This document shows, in pieces, positions 12,983 through 28,367 of a stretch of 64,000 bases of DNA (its first letter is position 1; the number at the start of each line of letters is the position of its first letter). Below the pieces are notes generated by a model that searched no databases, was not told the origin of the DNA, and saw only the letters and a program-made list of their open reading frames with translations. Both the position numbers and the translations under genes were made by a program. Origin of the DNA: Camelus dromedarius (Eukaryota). The stretch spans positions 6,882,001 to 6,946,000 of the forward strand of contig NC_087447.1 of assembly GCF_036321535.1 (NCBI RefSeq). Reading direction: 5' to 3'.

Positions 12983-15900
12983 ATGTTCCGNNNNNNNNNN
13001 NNNNNNNNNNNNNNNNNNNNNNNNNNNNNNNNNNNNNNNNNNNNNNNNNNNNNNNNNNNNNNNNNNNNNNNNNNNNNNNNNNNNNNNNNNNNNNNNNNNN
13101 NNNNNNNNNNNNNNNNNNNNNNNNNNNNNNNNNNNNNNNNNNNNNNNNNNNNNNNNNNNNNNNNNNNNNNNNNNNNNNGGGTGGGGCTAGAGGTCAGGTA
13201 AGTAGGAGAAAAGTGAGGTAGCTGCCAGTCTTACCTGAGTAAATTGTGATGGGGATGTGGAGAGGTTCCTGAATGATGAGCCCCAGGCAGAGCAAAGCAG
13301 AAAGCGACCTCAGACCATAGCCTCTCCTCACTCCTAGGTCCTGTACATCCAGGCTTTCGTCCTTGTCTTCCTCTTGGGCAAGGTGATGGGCAAGGTGTTC
13401 TTTGGGCAGCTGAGGGCAGCAGAGATGGAGGTAAGATGTTCCTGGCCCCAAAGGTGAGGGGTAGGAAGCTGGGCAAGCAGAACGTCTGAGTTCCACATCG
13501 TTCCTTGCCCCCCATGCCAGCATCTTCTGGAACGTTCCTGGTATGCTGTCACTGAGACTTGTCTGGCCTTCACGGTGTTTCGGGACGACTTCAGCCCCCG
13601 CTTTGTTGCGCTCTTCACTCTCCTCCTCTTCCTCAAATGTTTTCACTGGCTGGCTGAGGATCGTGTGGACTTTGTGAGTTGGGTCAGGGTTCTCTGGAGC
13701 ACATGGAGTGGCCGGAATGGCTAGTGCGCTGGCTTGTGGGGTGAAGGCTGGGTTGGGGATAAGGGGTGATCCCCAGCCTTCCTGATGGGCTCCCTCTCTG
13801 CTCTACCTCAGATGGAACGCAGCCCCAATATCTCTTGGCTCTTTCACTGCCGCATTGTCTGTGAGTGAGACCCATGGGAGTGGAAAGGAGGGAGCTGGAG
13901 GGAGAAGAGGCACCTTGAAGGACTGGAACCTGAAAAGTCACTAACCATGGACCTGTACCGTAGAGCACAGGCTGCCCCTCAGCCCGCAGCTGTACAGGAA
14001 AGATAATTTAGGAAGTTAATTTGCATCGTCTCTGCCCTGTTCCACGCCAGGGCTTCTCAACTGCCTGGCCCCTTAGCTCTTTGCCTCCTCACCTGGAGCT
14101 TGGGCCGCCCCTAGGCAGAACTGGAGTTCCCAGGGGGCCGGGTTCAATGGAGTGTGCCCACCTGACTAGATGGCTGGGGCCATGGTGGGCTTGAGGGTGG
14201 GAGCTGCCTTAGAGCAGGAAGTGGCTGTCAGGCCCTGGGCTGACCCCCACCAACCTCCCATTTGGGGGGGTCCCCACAGCCCTTATGTTCCTCCTGGGTA
14301 TCCTGGACTTCCTCTTCGTCAGCCATGCCTATCACAGCATCCTGACCCGTGGGGCCTCTGTGCAGCTGGTGTTTGGCTTTGAGGTAAAATTGGCTTGGGA
14401 GGTTGGGAGGACAAGCCTGAGGTGGCACTGCATGTGCCTTGAATAACTCAGCAAACCTTTACCGAGTACCTGCTCTGTGGCCAGCCCCATGTGGGCCACC
14501 AAGGAGCAGCCATCAGTCAGCCCCAGCCCCTGCCCTCTACACACTCACTGCTAGGACAGTAGGCAGGCATAGAAAGAAGCGTGTGTGGAGGAGGGGCCCT
14601 GACCTCAGGGAAGGCTTCCTGGAAGTTGCTGCCAGAGGAGATGGCTATTGATGGACAGAAGGAATTAGCTTGATGGACAGCTGGGGAGGTGTGTCCCTGG
14701 CAGAGAAAGAACGTGTTCATTGGCAACAGCTCACGTTTGTTGAGTGCTTACTGTGTGCCAGGCCCTGGGATGAGCACTTGACCTATATCTCTTTTAAAAT
14801 CATCAAAGCAACACTGTTATAAAGGAACAGTTAATTCTGACAAGCAAACTGAGGTTCAGAGAGGTCAGTGTGTGGCTGAACGTCACACCAGCTAGTGAGT
14901 GAAAAACCTAGCAGTACCTGGGCTGTGTCCCAGCCTGTGCTTGTACCACTGCACTCTGCTGTGCACAGGCCTGGGGACCCCAGAGTGTGGCTGGAGCAAG
15001 CGGGCTGCGTTCTCATGTCCTCCCATCCCACCCCCTCCCTCCAGTACGCCATCCTGATGACTATGGTGCTCACCATTTTCATCAAGTACGTGCTGCACTC
15101 CGTGGACCTCCAGAGTGAGAATCCTTGGGACAATAAGGCCGTGTACATGCTCTACACGGAGCTCTTTACAGGTGAGAGGAGCCTGGGCCTCTCCTGACCT
15201 GGACCAGTGTCCCCAGCCCCAGGTCCTACCAGGTCCTATGACCTGCTGCTTTCTGCATCCCCTGCCCCACAGGCTTCATCAAGGTTCTGCTGTACATGGC
15301 TTTCATGACCATCATGATCAAGGTGCACACTTTCCCTCTCTTTGCCATCCGGCCTATGTACCTGGCCATGAGGTGAGCCTAGTCCTGCCCTGCCACACCT
15401 CTGACTCCTCCCCTACCTCTCCCTGCTTCTACTGAAACTGTCCTTTCAGGCAGTTCAAGAAAGCTGTGACAGACGCCATTATGTCTCGCCGAGCCATCCG
15501 CAACATGAACACACTGTAAGTGGGCCTGTCCTAGCTGCTCTCCCAGGCTCTGCCCCAGTGCCCTGCCTTCAGCTCTGGTCTCGACGTGTCCTCGGCCTGT
15601 CCTAACCAGGTATCCAGATGCCACCCCAGAGGAACTCCAGGCAATGGACAACGTCTGCATCATCTGCCGAGAAGAGATGGTGACTGGTGCCAAGAGACTG
15701 CCCTGCAACCACATTTTCCATACCAGGTGGGAGATGCCCTGAGGAGCCTGCATGTCAGAGGAGAGGCTCTGGAAGGCAGACCTGCTAAGCATTGCCTGGT
15801 CTTGGCCCCCAGCTGCCTGCGCTCCTGGTTCCAGCGGCAGCAGACCTGCCCCACCTGCCGTATGGACGTCCTCCGGGCATCGCTGCCAACCCAGTCACCA

Positions 15901-18104
15901 CCGCCCCCTGAACCTGCAGATCAGGGGCCACCACAGGCTCCCCACCCCCCACCACTCCTGCCCCAGCCCCCCAACTGTGAGTGGCCCCCTCATTTGGCCA
16001 TCCAGCACAACACTGTTGAGTACTTGCCCTGGGCTGGGTATGGGAAATACTGAGGTGAATCAGAGTCCCTGCCTTCTAGAAGCTCAATCTGCCGGGGGGT
16101 GGGTGGGGGATGTCACTGGAAGAGACAGATGATTGCAGTCATGTGTGGTGAGTGCTGAGCTCAGAGAGGGCCTGCGGGAGGAGGCCCGAGCCCCATCAAC
16201 TAGTCCCTTGCCTATGATTTGGATCTAACTCAGTTTGGACCTTTTCTCACCACCCCCTGTCCTCCCTCTGCAGTCCCCCAGGGCCTCCTGCCTCCCTTTC
16301 CTCCAGGCATGTTCCCGCTGTGGCCCCCCATGGGCCCCTTTCCTCCTGTTCCACCTCCCCCCAGCTCAGGAGAGGCAGTGGCCCCTCCGTCCACCAGCAC
16401 AGGTGAGCCTTTTGGGTATTGTGCCGGCCCCAGGGGGTGGGAGGGATGGAAGCAGAGGCCTCTCAACACTTACTGACTTCCTGTTCTTGCTCTTCAGCAG
16501 CCCTTTCTCGGCCCAGTGGAGCAGCCACAACCACAGCTGCTTCTGCTGCCTCTACCCCGGCACCTGGCTCTGCCTCCACCCCTGAAGCCGGCCCCGCCCC
16601 AGGCTTCCCCTTCCCTCCTCCCTGGATGGGCATGCCCCTGCCTCCACCCTTTGGTAAGCTGGGCCACTCTCGAGGTTCTTTTGGGAGGTGGGGGGTGTCA
16701 GGCCCAGGCAACCCAGGCTGAGCCTCTCCCTCTCTCCAGCCTTCCCCCCAATGCCTGTGCCTCCTGCCGGCTTTGCTGGGCTGACCCCGGAGGAGCTGCG
16801 GGCTCTGGAAGGCCATGAGCGGCAGCACCTGGAGGCTCGCCTACAGAGCCTGCGCAACATCCACACGCTGCTGGATGCCGCTATGCTGCAGATCAACCAG
16901 TACCTCACCGTGCTTGCCTCCCTGGGGTACGTCTGCACAGGGGCCTAGGGTGGGCAATGGGGGTGTGGAGCTGCCAAGAGAAGGCCCCTGGCAGTGGTTC
17001 TTGGCCTTTTTCTCTTCTGCCACCCTATGACATCTGTTGATCCAGGCATCCTATCTGTAGGTACAGCCAAGGTGTCAGTGTTCCTGTGCTTTTTTATTCT
17101 CCCACTGCAGAAGGGCAATCTGCACCTAAGGAGGAGTGGTGTTTATTAGAGAGCTGACTTTGAATCTTTTTCCTTTATGTTTTTCTAAAGTCAAATGACT
17201 CGTAGTTCTCAGTACTTTTATCTCGTGCACCCTCTGACACAGGATGACACTTTGGGAATCACTGCCCCGATCTAGTAAGATAGCAAGTAAAGTCACTTAG
17301 AGCCAGCCTGATCCGAGTTCAAGTCCTGGCCCCATCACTCACTTGCTTTGTGACCTTCACTACCTTATTTGAATAGAGTACTAATTCCTGTTCATAGGTG
17401 ACGTGTGCAAAGTGCCTGGCACCCAGCAGTCACAGCACAGGCTTGGAGGGGAGCTTGAGTCTGAGACTTGTGTGCTTTGTGTTTTATTCAGTGGACTGTC
17501 TTAGTTGAGTTGATACCCTGTAAGGTGCCTGGCATCTCACAGTGGAGACTCTACAGTGTAATGGTGAACAAGGCCAACAGGCCCTGCCTATAAGTGGTTT
17601 ACAATCCATCTATAGATAGCAAGTATTCATACATGTGTTTATTTGCCTGCTGGTCACTGGGGCAGAGGCACAACAGTGCTGTACTCCATCCTGCAAGGCT
17701 CACCAAGGGCAGAGTCTGTCCAGTCATGCCAGGATGCCAAGGCCCTCCTCTTGTCCCTTCTCTTCCTAGGCCCCCCAGGCCTGCCACCTCAGCCAACCCC
17801 ACTGAGGAGACTGCCCCTACAGCTGCCACTGCTGCCTCGTCCACCAGCATCCCCAGCTCTGAGGCCACCACCCCGTCCCCAGGAGCCTCCCCACCAGCCC
17901 CTGAACCTGAAAAGCCTCCAGGTAGTTGCGGTCACCCTGCAGTGGGGTATGGCAGGGGACTTTTCCAGGTTCCACTTCTGGACCTTTCTGTTCTCAGCTC
18001 CTGAGTCAGTGGGCACTGAGGAGCTGCCTGAGGACGGGGAGCCTGATGCAGCAGAGCTCCGTCGCCGTCGCCTACAAAAGCTGGAGTCCCCTGTTGCCCA
18101 CTGA
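12983..18104 (+). CDS. SYVN1: E3 ubiquitin ligase synoviolin/HRD1 (about 611 aa)
   Basis: ATG at 12983 (MFR; rest of the exon in gap 12991-13178). Exons 13338-13430, 13521-13673, 13812-13860, 14280-14383, 15045-15171, 15273-15372, 15450-15515, 15610-15726, 15813-15976, 16274-16402, 16498-16653, 16740-16926, 17770-17921, 17998-18104. All GT-AG with matching phases. RING-H2 CIICREEM...PCNHIFHTSCLRSW...CPTCR; ends LQKLESPVAH. Confidence 0.98.
12991..13178. other. Assembly gap (others at 3083-3317, 41383-41521, 42238-42373, 46538-46693)
   Basis: N runs. Four of the five hide coding sequence: SYVN1 exon 2, VPS51 exons 1 and 2, and the last ZFPL1 exon. Confidence 0.99.
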
Positions 18105-18669
18105 CACTGCCCCAGTCCTGGCTCCTGCCCTCACTCTCTTGAGCAGCCCTTGCTGGAACACGTCCTGCCACCAAGTGCCAGCTCCCTAAGTCTGCACCAG
18201 GGAGTAGTAACCCCCAGCTCTGAGACAGAGGAGGTGGCACCCCCTAGACCAAGTGGAAAGAGGCCTGAGGCCCCAGCTGACTCCAGCCCTTACAGTCCTG
18301 GGCAGCCATGGGGATCTTGGGTCAGTTCCAGCCGCCTTCTCCAACCCTTCAGCCCTATGTTCTGCTGGGGCCATGAAGGCAGAAAGGGGCAGCCTCTGAG
18401 AAGCTTTCTGACCCCCTACTTTTTGGGAGAATGGGGAGCCCCTCTGAGCCCTGCTTGTGTGTGGAGTCACGCTGCAGTGCCGAACAGTATTAGCTCCTGT
18501 TCCCAACTGTGGACTCAAGGGGCTGGAGGTAGGCTAGGAATTTGCTTCCTGGCCCACCCACCAAAACCAATGTCTTTCTCTTACCTTATAGTCCCCAGTT
18601 GCCCTTTGTGGTGGTGGCTGTGCCCCTTGTGCCCTGTGGCATTTCCATGTCTTACTGGTAACCACACAA

Positions 18670-18677
18670 CTCAGGGA
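18670..18677 (+). promoter_or_regulatory. SYVN1: miR-125-5p 8mer seed match in the SYVN1 3'UTR
   Basis: CTCAGGGA is complementary to the miR-125 seed (UCCCUGAG). Function is inferred. Confidence 0.45.
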
Positions 18678-19185
18678 AAGGAGTGCCCGGGGGCGGAGGA
18701 GCAGGTGGGCAGCACCAAGGGGCCCTGCTCTGCCCCTCCACCCCCAGGCCCTTCTCTCCCTGCAGTTTGTCGGAGGTGAGATTGTCCCTGGTCTTGCCCA
18801 GCAGCCACTGTGCAGCCGCACTCCAGGCTGAGGGCTCGTGTGTCTGCTGCTGAACCATTGCAAGCCCTGGCACCTACAGAAGGCCACTTCTTAACTTACA
18901 GAACTTTTCTTGAGTTTAGAAGAATTCCTTGCTATTGTCTTTTGGCTTAAATTTTGAATTTGAATGCTTGACCCCAGAAACAGGGAGCAGCAGTGCCGAA
19001 CTCCTGGCCTTTCCAGTTTAGAAAAGGCTCTGGGCCAGGTAGGGACCACAGGAGCTGAGGCCTTGCCTGCCCGTCTTTTCTCCCTTGGTTTTGTGTTACA
19101 GGAGTTGCTGGAGACAGTTTTGAGACGATTATTTAATTTGTAAATATTGTACAAATTTTAATAGCTTAAATTGTATATACAGCCA

Positions 19186-19191
19186 AATAAA
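19186..19191 (+). terminator. SYVN1: SYVN1 polyadenylation signal
   Basis: AATAAA at the end of an AU-rich 3'UTR. Confidence 0.85.
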
Positions 19192-19301
19192 AACTTGCAT
19201 TACTGACTGGTGAAACTGGTGTGGTAGAATCAGTGTGCCAGCTCCTTTTCCTGACTCAGGCTGTAAACTTGAGAGTGGCCTGGAATCTCCAGGAGTGAGG
19301 G

Positions 19302-19307
19302 TTTATT
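19302..19307 (-). terminator. MRPL49: Probable MRPL49 polyadenylation signal
   Basis: TTTATT on + (AATAAA on -), about 1.07 kb downstream of the MRPL49 stop. Confidence 0.65.
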
Positions 19308-20373
19308 TATACAAGCCAGCACTGTCCTTGGGGACACTTGAATATTATGGTATTAGGAAGATACACCCATTTTACATATTAAGAAACTGAACCCCAGAAA
19401 GATTAAGTACCCTGCTTAGGGGAGTCAGGCTCTGAACCCCCTTCTAGCCAGTTTGATGCTAAGGTAGGATGGGAACTCAGGCCTTTGGCCCTTGAGACTC
19501 CAAGGATGGGGCAAGTATGACGGTTCCTAGGCTGGGGTGGAATGGGATGGCACAGACAAAAGGACATTTTTTCCTGCCTGCAACCACCCTGTCCAGCCTT
19601 GATACTAGGTCAGCAAGCTGGGAAGGATGGCCCTGTGCTGGGCTGCTAGCTCTCAAGCACCCTCTTGTGGGCAGGCCAGCTAAAGCTAATCACTTAGCTT
19701 CCTGGAGCTGGAAACCCAGTCAGGCCCCACTCCAGTCTGGAATGGAATAGAGATGACTGGCCTTTCAACCTCTCCATGGGTAGAAGCAACAAGCCCAGGG
19801 GCTGCCATGCCCAGCACTGCACTTGGAACTGAAGACGTGCAGGACCCACGTCTGAGTCATCTTGTGTTTGCTGTAGCCTCTACCAAGCAAGGTCTGACCT
19901 AGAGCAAGGGTTCAGGGATTTTTGCAGCAGTGAGGGTCTGAGGGCCAATGAAGGAATGTGCCCAACAGGTCTGCCCTCTGCTACCCTCCCATAAACTGGG
20001 TTCGGCTATTGCTTCCACCAGAGGAGCAGTCAACAGCCTCTAAAATTGAAATGCTGAGTCTAAGGAGCTCCAATGAAAGGAAGGCAGGACTACACCAAAG
20101 TGTGCATGTGGTGGTGGTGGTGGTGCAGCAATTAATGCCCCCCACTAGCTTGGCTGTGCCTGGTGGGTCCCCTGGGTTAGACAGCCCTCTCCCAGTGCTG
20201 GCATCTATGCAGTCACATTTCCTCCTTTATGCAAGCAAGGCCGGCTCCAAAGCCCTCAGCCCCGGTCTCTGCACCCCCTGTCCTAGTTGCTCCAACACCC
20301 ACCTCCCTCCTCTTGAGATCCCCAGGACTCCAGTCTGAGGGGAATGCTGTCTTGCAAGATGTTCAGCTGGGCT

Positions 20374-22821
<2,448 letters not shown>

Positions 22822-23050
22822 ATTGAACTGCTCCCGCACACTAGCTTTCTGCGAGCGCAACCCGCCTGGCCCCACCCCTTCCTGTTCGCACTGCCTGGGA
22901 CCGAGAGAGCGCCTGCGTAAAGCATAAAGAGGCGGGGCCAGGGCGGCCGTAGGCGGCACAAAATTCCGAGGCCTAGGAGGTCGCTCAGTAGTGACGTAGC
23001 ACGCCGCAGACGGAGAGGACGTTTGCGTTCTCGCTCCTTCCTCTTTCTCG
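22822..23050. promoter_or_regulatory. MRPL49/FAU bidirectional CpG promoter with TCT/5'TOP start
   Basis: Divergent starts about 220 bp apart; GC box GGCGGGGC near 22931, GTGACGT at 22991-22997, and pyrimidine tract CTCCTTCCTCTTTCTC at 23034-23049 typical of ribosomal-protein genes. Confidence 0.85.
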
Positions 23051-23356
23051 ACTCCATCTTTGCGGTAGCGGCAGTGGTGGCCACGGTTCAGGTAAGATAT
23101 GGGCCATGGCCGGAGCCGGAGGGCTTAATAGCAGGCTGAGCTCGAGGTTGGAGGGCGTGTGAAGAACAGAGGAAGAGAGCCTGTTCTGTGGGCCGGGCCG
23201 GTCCCCATCGGACTTCTCTGGCCGGCTCGGCCTTACCCACGTGAGACTCCGAGGCCACCTACAGTTGTCCCCGGCCCGCCACCCATTCCTGATCCCCTTT
23301 CTCCCAGAGTATTTCTTTTACAAGCCTGGTTGGTTGGTTTCTTTTCAGTCCCCAAA

Positions 23357-24449
<1,093 letters not shown>

Positions 24450-26750
24450 GTCCATTGTAATCCTGGCTTTCTCTAATAAAGCCACTTAGCCCTATCATCT
24501 CATTGTTTCATCTTCATTTACAGGACCTCAGGAGTGATAGGGCTTCTAGGGCTGGTGGTATGAACAGTGAGGCCTCAGTTTGGTTTCTTGGCAGTGTCCA
24601 GAGTCAGCGGCTCCTGGCAGGGGTGTGGGGGCAGGAGGTGGAAAGGTGGTAACCTACACCAAAGATCTTCTTGTGCAAATTGGTAACCACAGATGCCAGC
24701 TCTTCCGATGTAGAGTTGGGGAAAATTCCAATTCCAAATAACTTGGTAATTATCCTCCAAATATTTCTTCTTTTTATTCTTATTCTTTTAAACAGAGAAA
24801 ATAGTAGGAGTCATTGTAGTGGGAAAGGTTTTATGGAGGCAGCACTAAAGGGGAGGAGACTGTAGATAGAAGATCTATCAGGGAAAGCCAGTTTGGCCAT
24901 TTCCCTTAGCTTGGGACCAGCTATGGCATTAGTGGAGTCCAGACCAGGAATCTGGTCTGCCACAGCTTTAGAAGGTATTGACCAATTACATTGGTACTGC
25001 AGTGATCTTGTTCTGATTGCCTGACTGGCCTTGCTAACCTAATCACAGGGAGGTTGGTCAGTTGCTTGTTTCAGTGTTCCCAGAAGTGGAGTTCTCTATG
25101 GCTGATTGAAGTTCCCTCCTAGCAACACATGCATACCCATTCATTTTGCTAAAGTTTTTGAAACTGCTGGTTCTTGGAATAGAGCATAGTATGGGGTAAA
25201 GACCTTGGGCTCTAGACTTGAACAGACTTGAGTTTGGATCCTTGCTCCCATTTATTTACTGGCTGTCTGACCTTGAGCTAACTAATCTGCTATCATCTCT
25301 TGAGAGTTGCTGGGAGGATTAAAGGATATAAAGTGCTTAGATCAGCACCTGCCATATAGAAAGTGCACAAATATATTGGCTATTTTTGTCTTCTGTAGTG
25401 ATCTTTCCTGAAAGATACTCGCCCCTATCCCTTTTATGAGTTTAGATTCTTGTGGGGAAAGCAAGTTAACTAAATATTTACAAGTGCTATAGCCTTGAAG
25501 TAAGCAGGGTGCTGCAATGAAAGGGGGTGGGGATGGAGAGTGATACTCAGAGTATCCTAGGGAAGGTCTCTGAAGACGGGATGAAACAGGAGCCCATCAA
25601 GTGGTGAGATGGTGAGAGTTCCAGCCAAGAGGACTGTATGCAAAGGTATGTGGCAGATCCTACAGGGTCTTGTCAGACATGGAGGGAAGTTGGAGTCCAA
25701 GTGCAATGTAGGGTCACCAAGTTCCAGGAAGGGTTTTAAGCAGGACCTGATGTGATCTAACGTATGACCTAATATTTTCTCTGGCTGACTCCTGGAGGGC
25801 TGGCAAGAAAACTAGGAAACCAGTTAAGGTGAGGAACAAATAGTTCAGACCATTACTGATGGAGGGGATGCGAAAATGAGCAGATTCATCAAATCCATCC
25901 ACGTCTTGGTAGGGAATATGTGATCCACGTTGAGATAAAGACAAGCTATTTTGAAGGCAGAACTGACCAGAGAGGTGGGACTGGATATGAATGAGGTAAG
26001 GAACCAACGAGCCATATCTTACAAGCCATGGATCAAGGCTTCACAGCGTTTGGCACAGTTTGTGGGTGGATCATCACCTCCACTCTACCAGACTGGAAGC
26101 TCTGTTAGGACAGATTCCCCATCTCTGCTTTTCAGTGTATTTTCGGTGCCTAGTGTAGCATTTGAACTTTAAAGTTGGGTGGGGAAATCAAGCAGGAACT
26201 CGGATTTGTGAATTTTGCTTTCTTCTGAAAAGGGGAAATGCCAACACACACCCAGTGTAGGTTAGGTACCCCACTCGGCCTTCCTTCCACTCTTCCCTTT
26301 GTGTCCCCTGGTCAAATTGCTGCCGCTCCAGCGCAGGGATGCCTTCTCTCATTTGGGCTTGGCTCAGTTAGTGGCCCAGAGTAGGTGCTTTACAATGATT
26401 GATTTCCGCCACAATACTTTATAGTGCGAAAAAGGCAGCCACTAGAGGGCGAGCTGGACGGACGGCAACTCACTTTTCCTAGGTCTCGCACCGCGCGGGG
26501 CGGGGCTCCACCTGAGCCCAGGACCTAGCAAGTACGTCACCACCGGCTCCTGCGCCTGCCCAAGGGAGGCTCGAGAAGGGCGGGGCTTGGCGTCCGAGTA
26601 CGGGCGGAAAGTGCCGAGAGTCTTCGGAGAGCGTTGACTAAGCGCTAGGTAGGCCCCAAAGATGCGGAAATAGCCAAGAAGCGCCGGAAGTGTCGGACTT
26701 ACGGCGGGTGTGCGTTCGCGGAGGGCGTGCGGCGTTCGGCGCCAGTTGCC

Positions 26751-27950
26751 ATGGAGCCGACCGGGCCGTGTGGATTCTGCCCGGCGGGGGAGACCCAGCC
26801 AGCACGCTACACCTGTCCTCGCTGTAATGTGCCCTACTGCTCGCTGCGCTGCTACCGGGCTCATGGCACCTGCGCCGAAGACTTCTACCGTGACCAGGTG
26901 CTGGGAGAGCTGCGTGGCCGCAGCGCCTCGCCCAGCCGCCTGGCCAGCGCCCTACGCCGGCTGCGTCAACAACGCGAGACCGAGGACGACACCGAAGACG
27001 CGGGCCTCAGGCCTAGCCCGGTGCCCGGCGCCCTCTCAGGACTCTGGGAGCGGCTCGCGCCGGCCGAGAAGGCGGCCTTCCAGCGGCTGCTGAGCCGAGG
27101 GGAGGCCGGACGGCTGCTGCCCCCGTGGCGGCCATGGTGGTGGCGTTGCGGGGCCCAGCCGCGGCTTCTGGAGGAGCTGGGTGATACCCCGGGCCCTGAC
27201 GCTGAGGAGCTGGAGCCCGACTCCGCGAGGACGCCGCCGGAACCCGTAAAGGATGAGCCCGGGGCGGCCAAGCTGGTTCTCAGAGACGTCTTTGGGCCCA
27301 TCGCCCCCGCCGTGCCCACCCGGATCCCCACGCTGGCCAGCCTGAGCGGTGGCCGGGCATCGCCGCTCGTGCGCTTCCAGCTACCCAACGTGCTGTTCGC
27401 CTATGCACACACTCTTGCCCTGTATCATGGCGGCGACGAGGCGCTGCTCTCCGACTTCTGTGCCACGCTGCTTGGCGTTTCTGGAGCCCTAGGCGCTCAG
27501 CAAGTCTTCACCACTGTTGAGGAAGCCCTGCAGGCCGCAGTCCACGTTCTAGAAGCAGGCGAGCATCCACCTGGGCCCTTGGGCACACGGGGTGCCATGT
27601 GCGAGGCCGCCCGCATCCTACTGGGTGAGGGCCCGGCCAACCAGAAAGGCTACACGCTAGCAGCACTGGGGGACCTGGCGCGGACCCTGGGCCGGGCCCG
27701 AAAACAAGCCGTGGCCACCGAAGAGCGAGAACGCCTCTACCGGGCCCGAAAGAAGTGCCAGTTCCTGCTGGCTTGGACCAACGAAAATGAGGTAGCCCTC
27801 ACACCCCTGGCTCTAGACTGCGCCAGGGCCCACCGAGCACATACTGTGGCAGCCGAGGAAGTGGCAGCCCTCACTGGGGAGCTGGAGCAGCTTTGGGGAG
27901 GCCCCCTGCCACCTGCCCGGAGGACTCTCATTGAGGAACTCCCCGGCTGA
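26751..27950 (+). CDS. ZNHIT2: Zinc finger HIT domain-containing protein 2 (399 aa, single exon)
   Basis: gccATGg Kozak; zf-HIT CGFC...YTCPRCNVPYCSLRCYRAHGTC; ends RTLIEELPG*. ETS CCGGAAGT at 26684-26691; AATAAA at 27969-27974. Confidence 0.97.
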   Translation: MEPTGPCGFCPAGETQPARYTCPRCNVPYCSLRCYRAHGTCAEDFYRDQVLGELRGRSASPSRLASALRRLRQQRETEDDTEDAGLRPSPVPGALSGLWERLAPAEKAAFQRLLSRGEAGRLLPPWRPWWWRCGAQPRLLEELGDTPGPDAEELEPDSARTPPEPVKDEPGAAKLVLRDVFGPIAPAVPTRIPTLASLSGGRASPLVRFQLPNVLFAYAHTLALYHGGDEALLSDFCATLLGVSGALGAQQVFTTVEEALQAAVHVLEAGEHPPGPLGTRGAMCEAARILLGEGPANQKGYTLAALGDLARTLGRARKQAVATEERERLYRARKKCQFLLAWTNENEVALTPLALDCARAHRAHTVAAEEVAALTGELEQLWGGPLPPARRTLIEELPG

Positions 27951-28367
27951 ACTGGAGACCTTGTCAGTAATAAAGGTGTGACTGGTCTGTCCTGTCGCCA
28001 GTGCCCGTTTCTGAATGACAGCTGGTTCACCCACCCCTAGACTCTTGGTGGGTCCTCAGAGCAAACCACCTCTCAGCTTCTACGTGATCGGGGCTGACAG
28101 CCTGGCCCCAGAAAGGGAGAGAAGCAACCCCAAGGGTTCCAGACATTTATCCAAGGAGAAAGAGCAGCCCCTCCACTCCATTTTGAGGCACAGGCTTCAT
28201 TTTCCCCTTGTTCCAACAACTGCCTGAGGCTGCTCATCCCTGCCTGTTGGAGCTCGGGGCAGGATAGGGTGTAGGCCCTTGAGCCCCGGGTGTGTCCAGG
28301 CTCTTGATGCTGGGTGTGCTGGCCGACGGGTGGGTGCGTGCCCCGACCTGAGCTTCGTGGAGCAGCT

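Noticed and set aside
26727-26750. GTG-initiated 8-aa N-terminal extension of ZNHIT2 from the ORF track
   Set aside because: The ATG at 26751 has a strong Kozak context and matches the recalled orthologue start MEPxGPCGFC.
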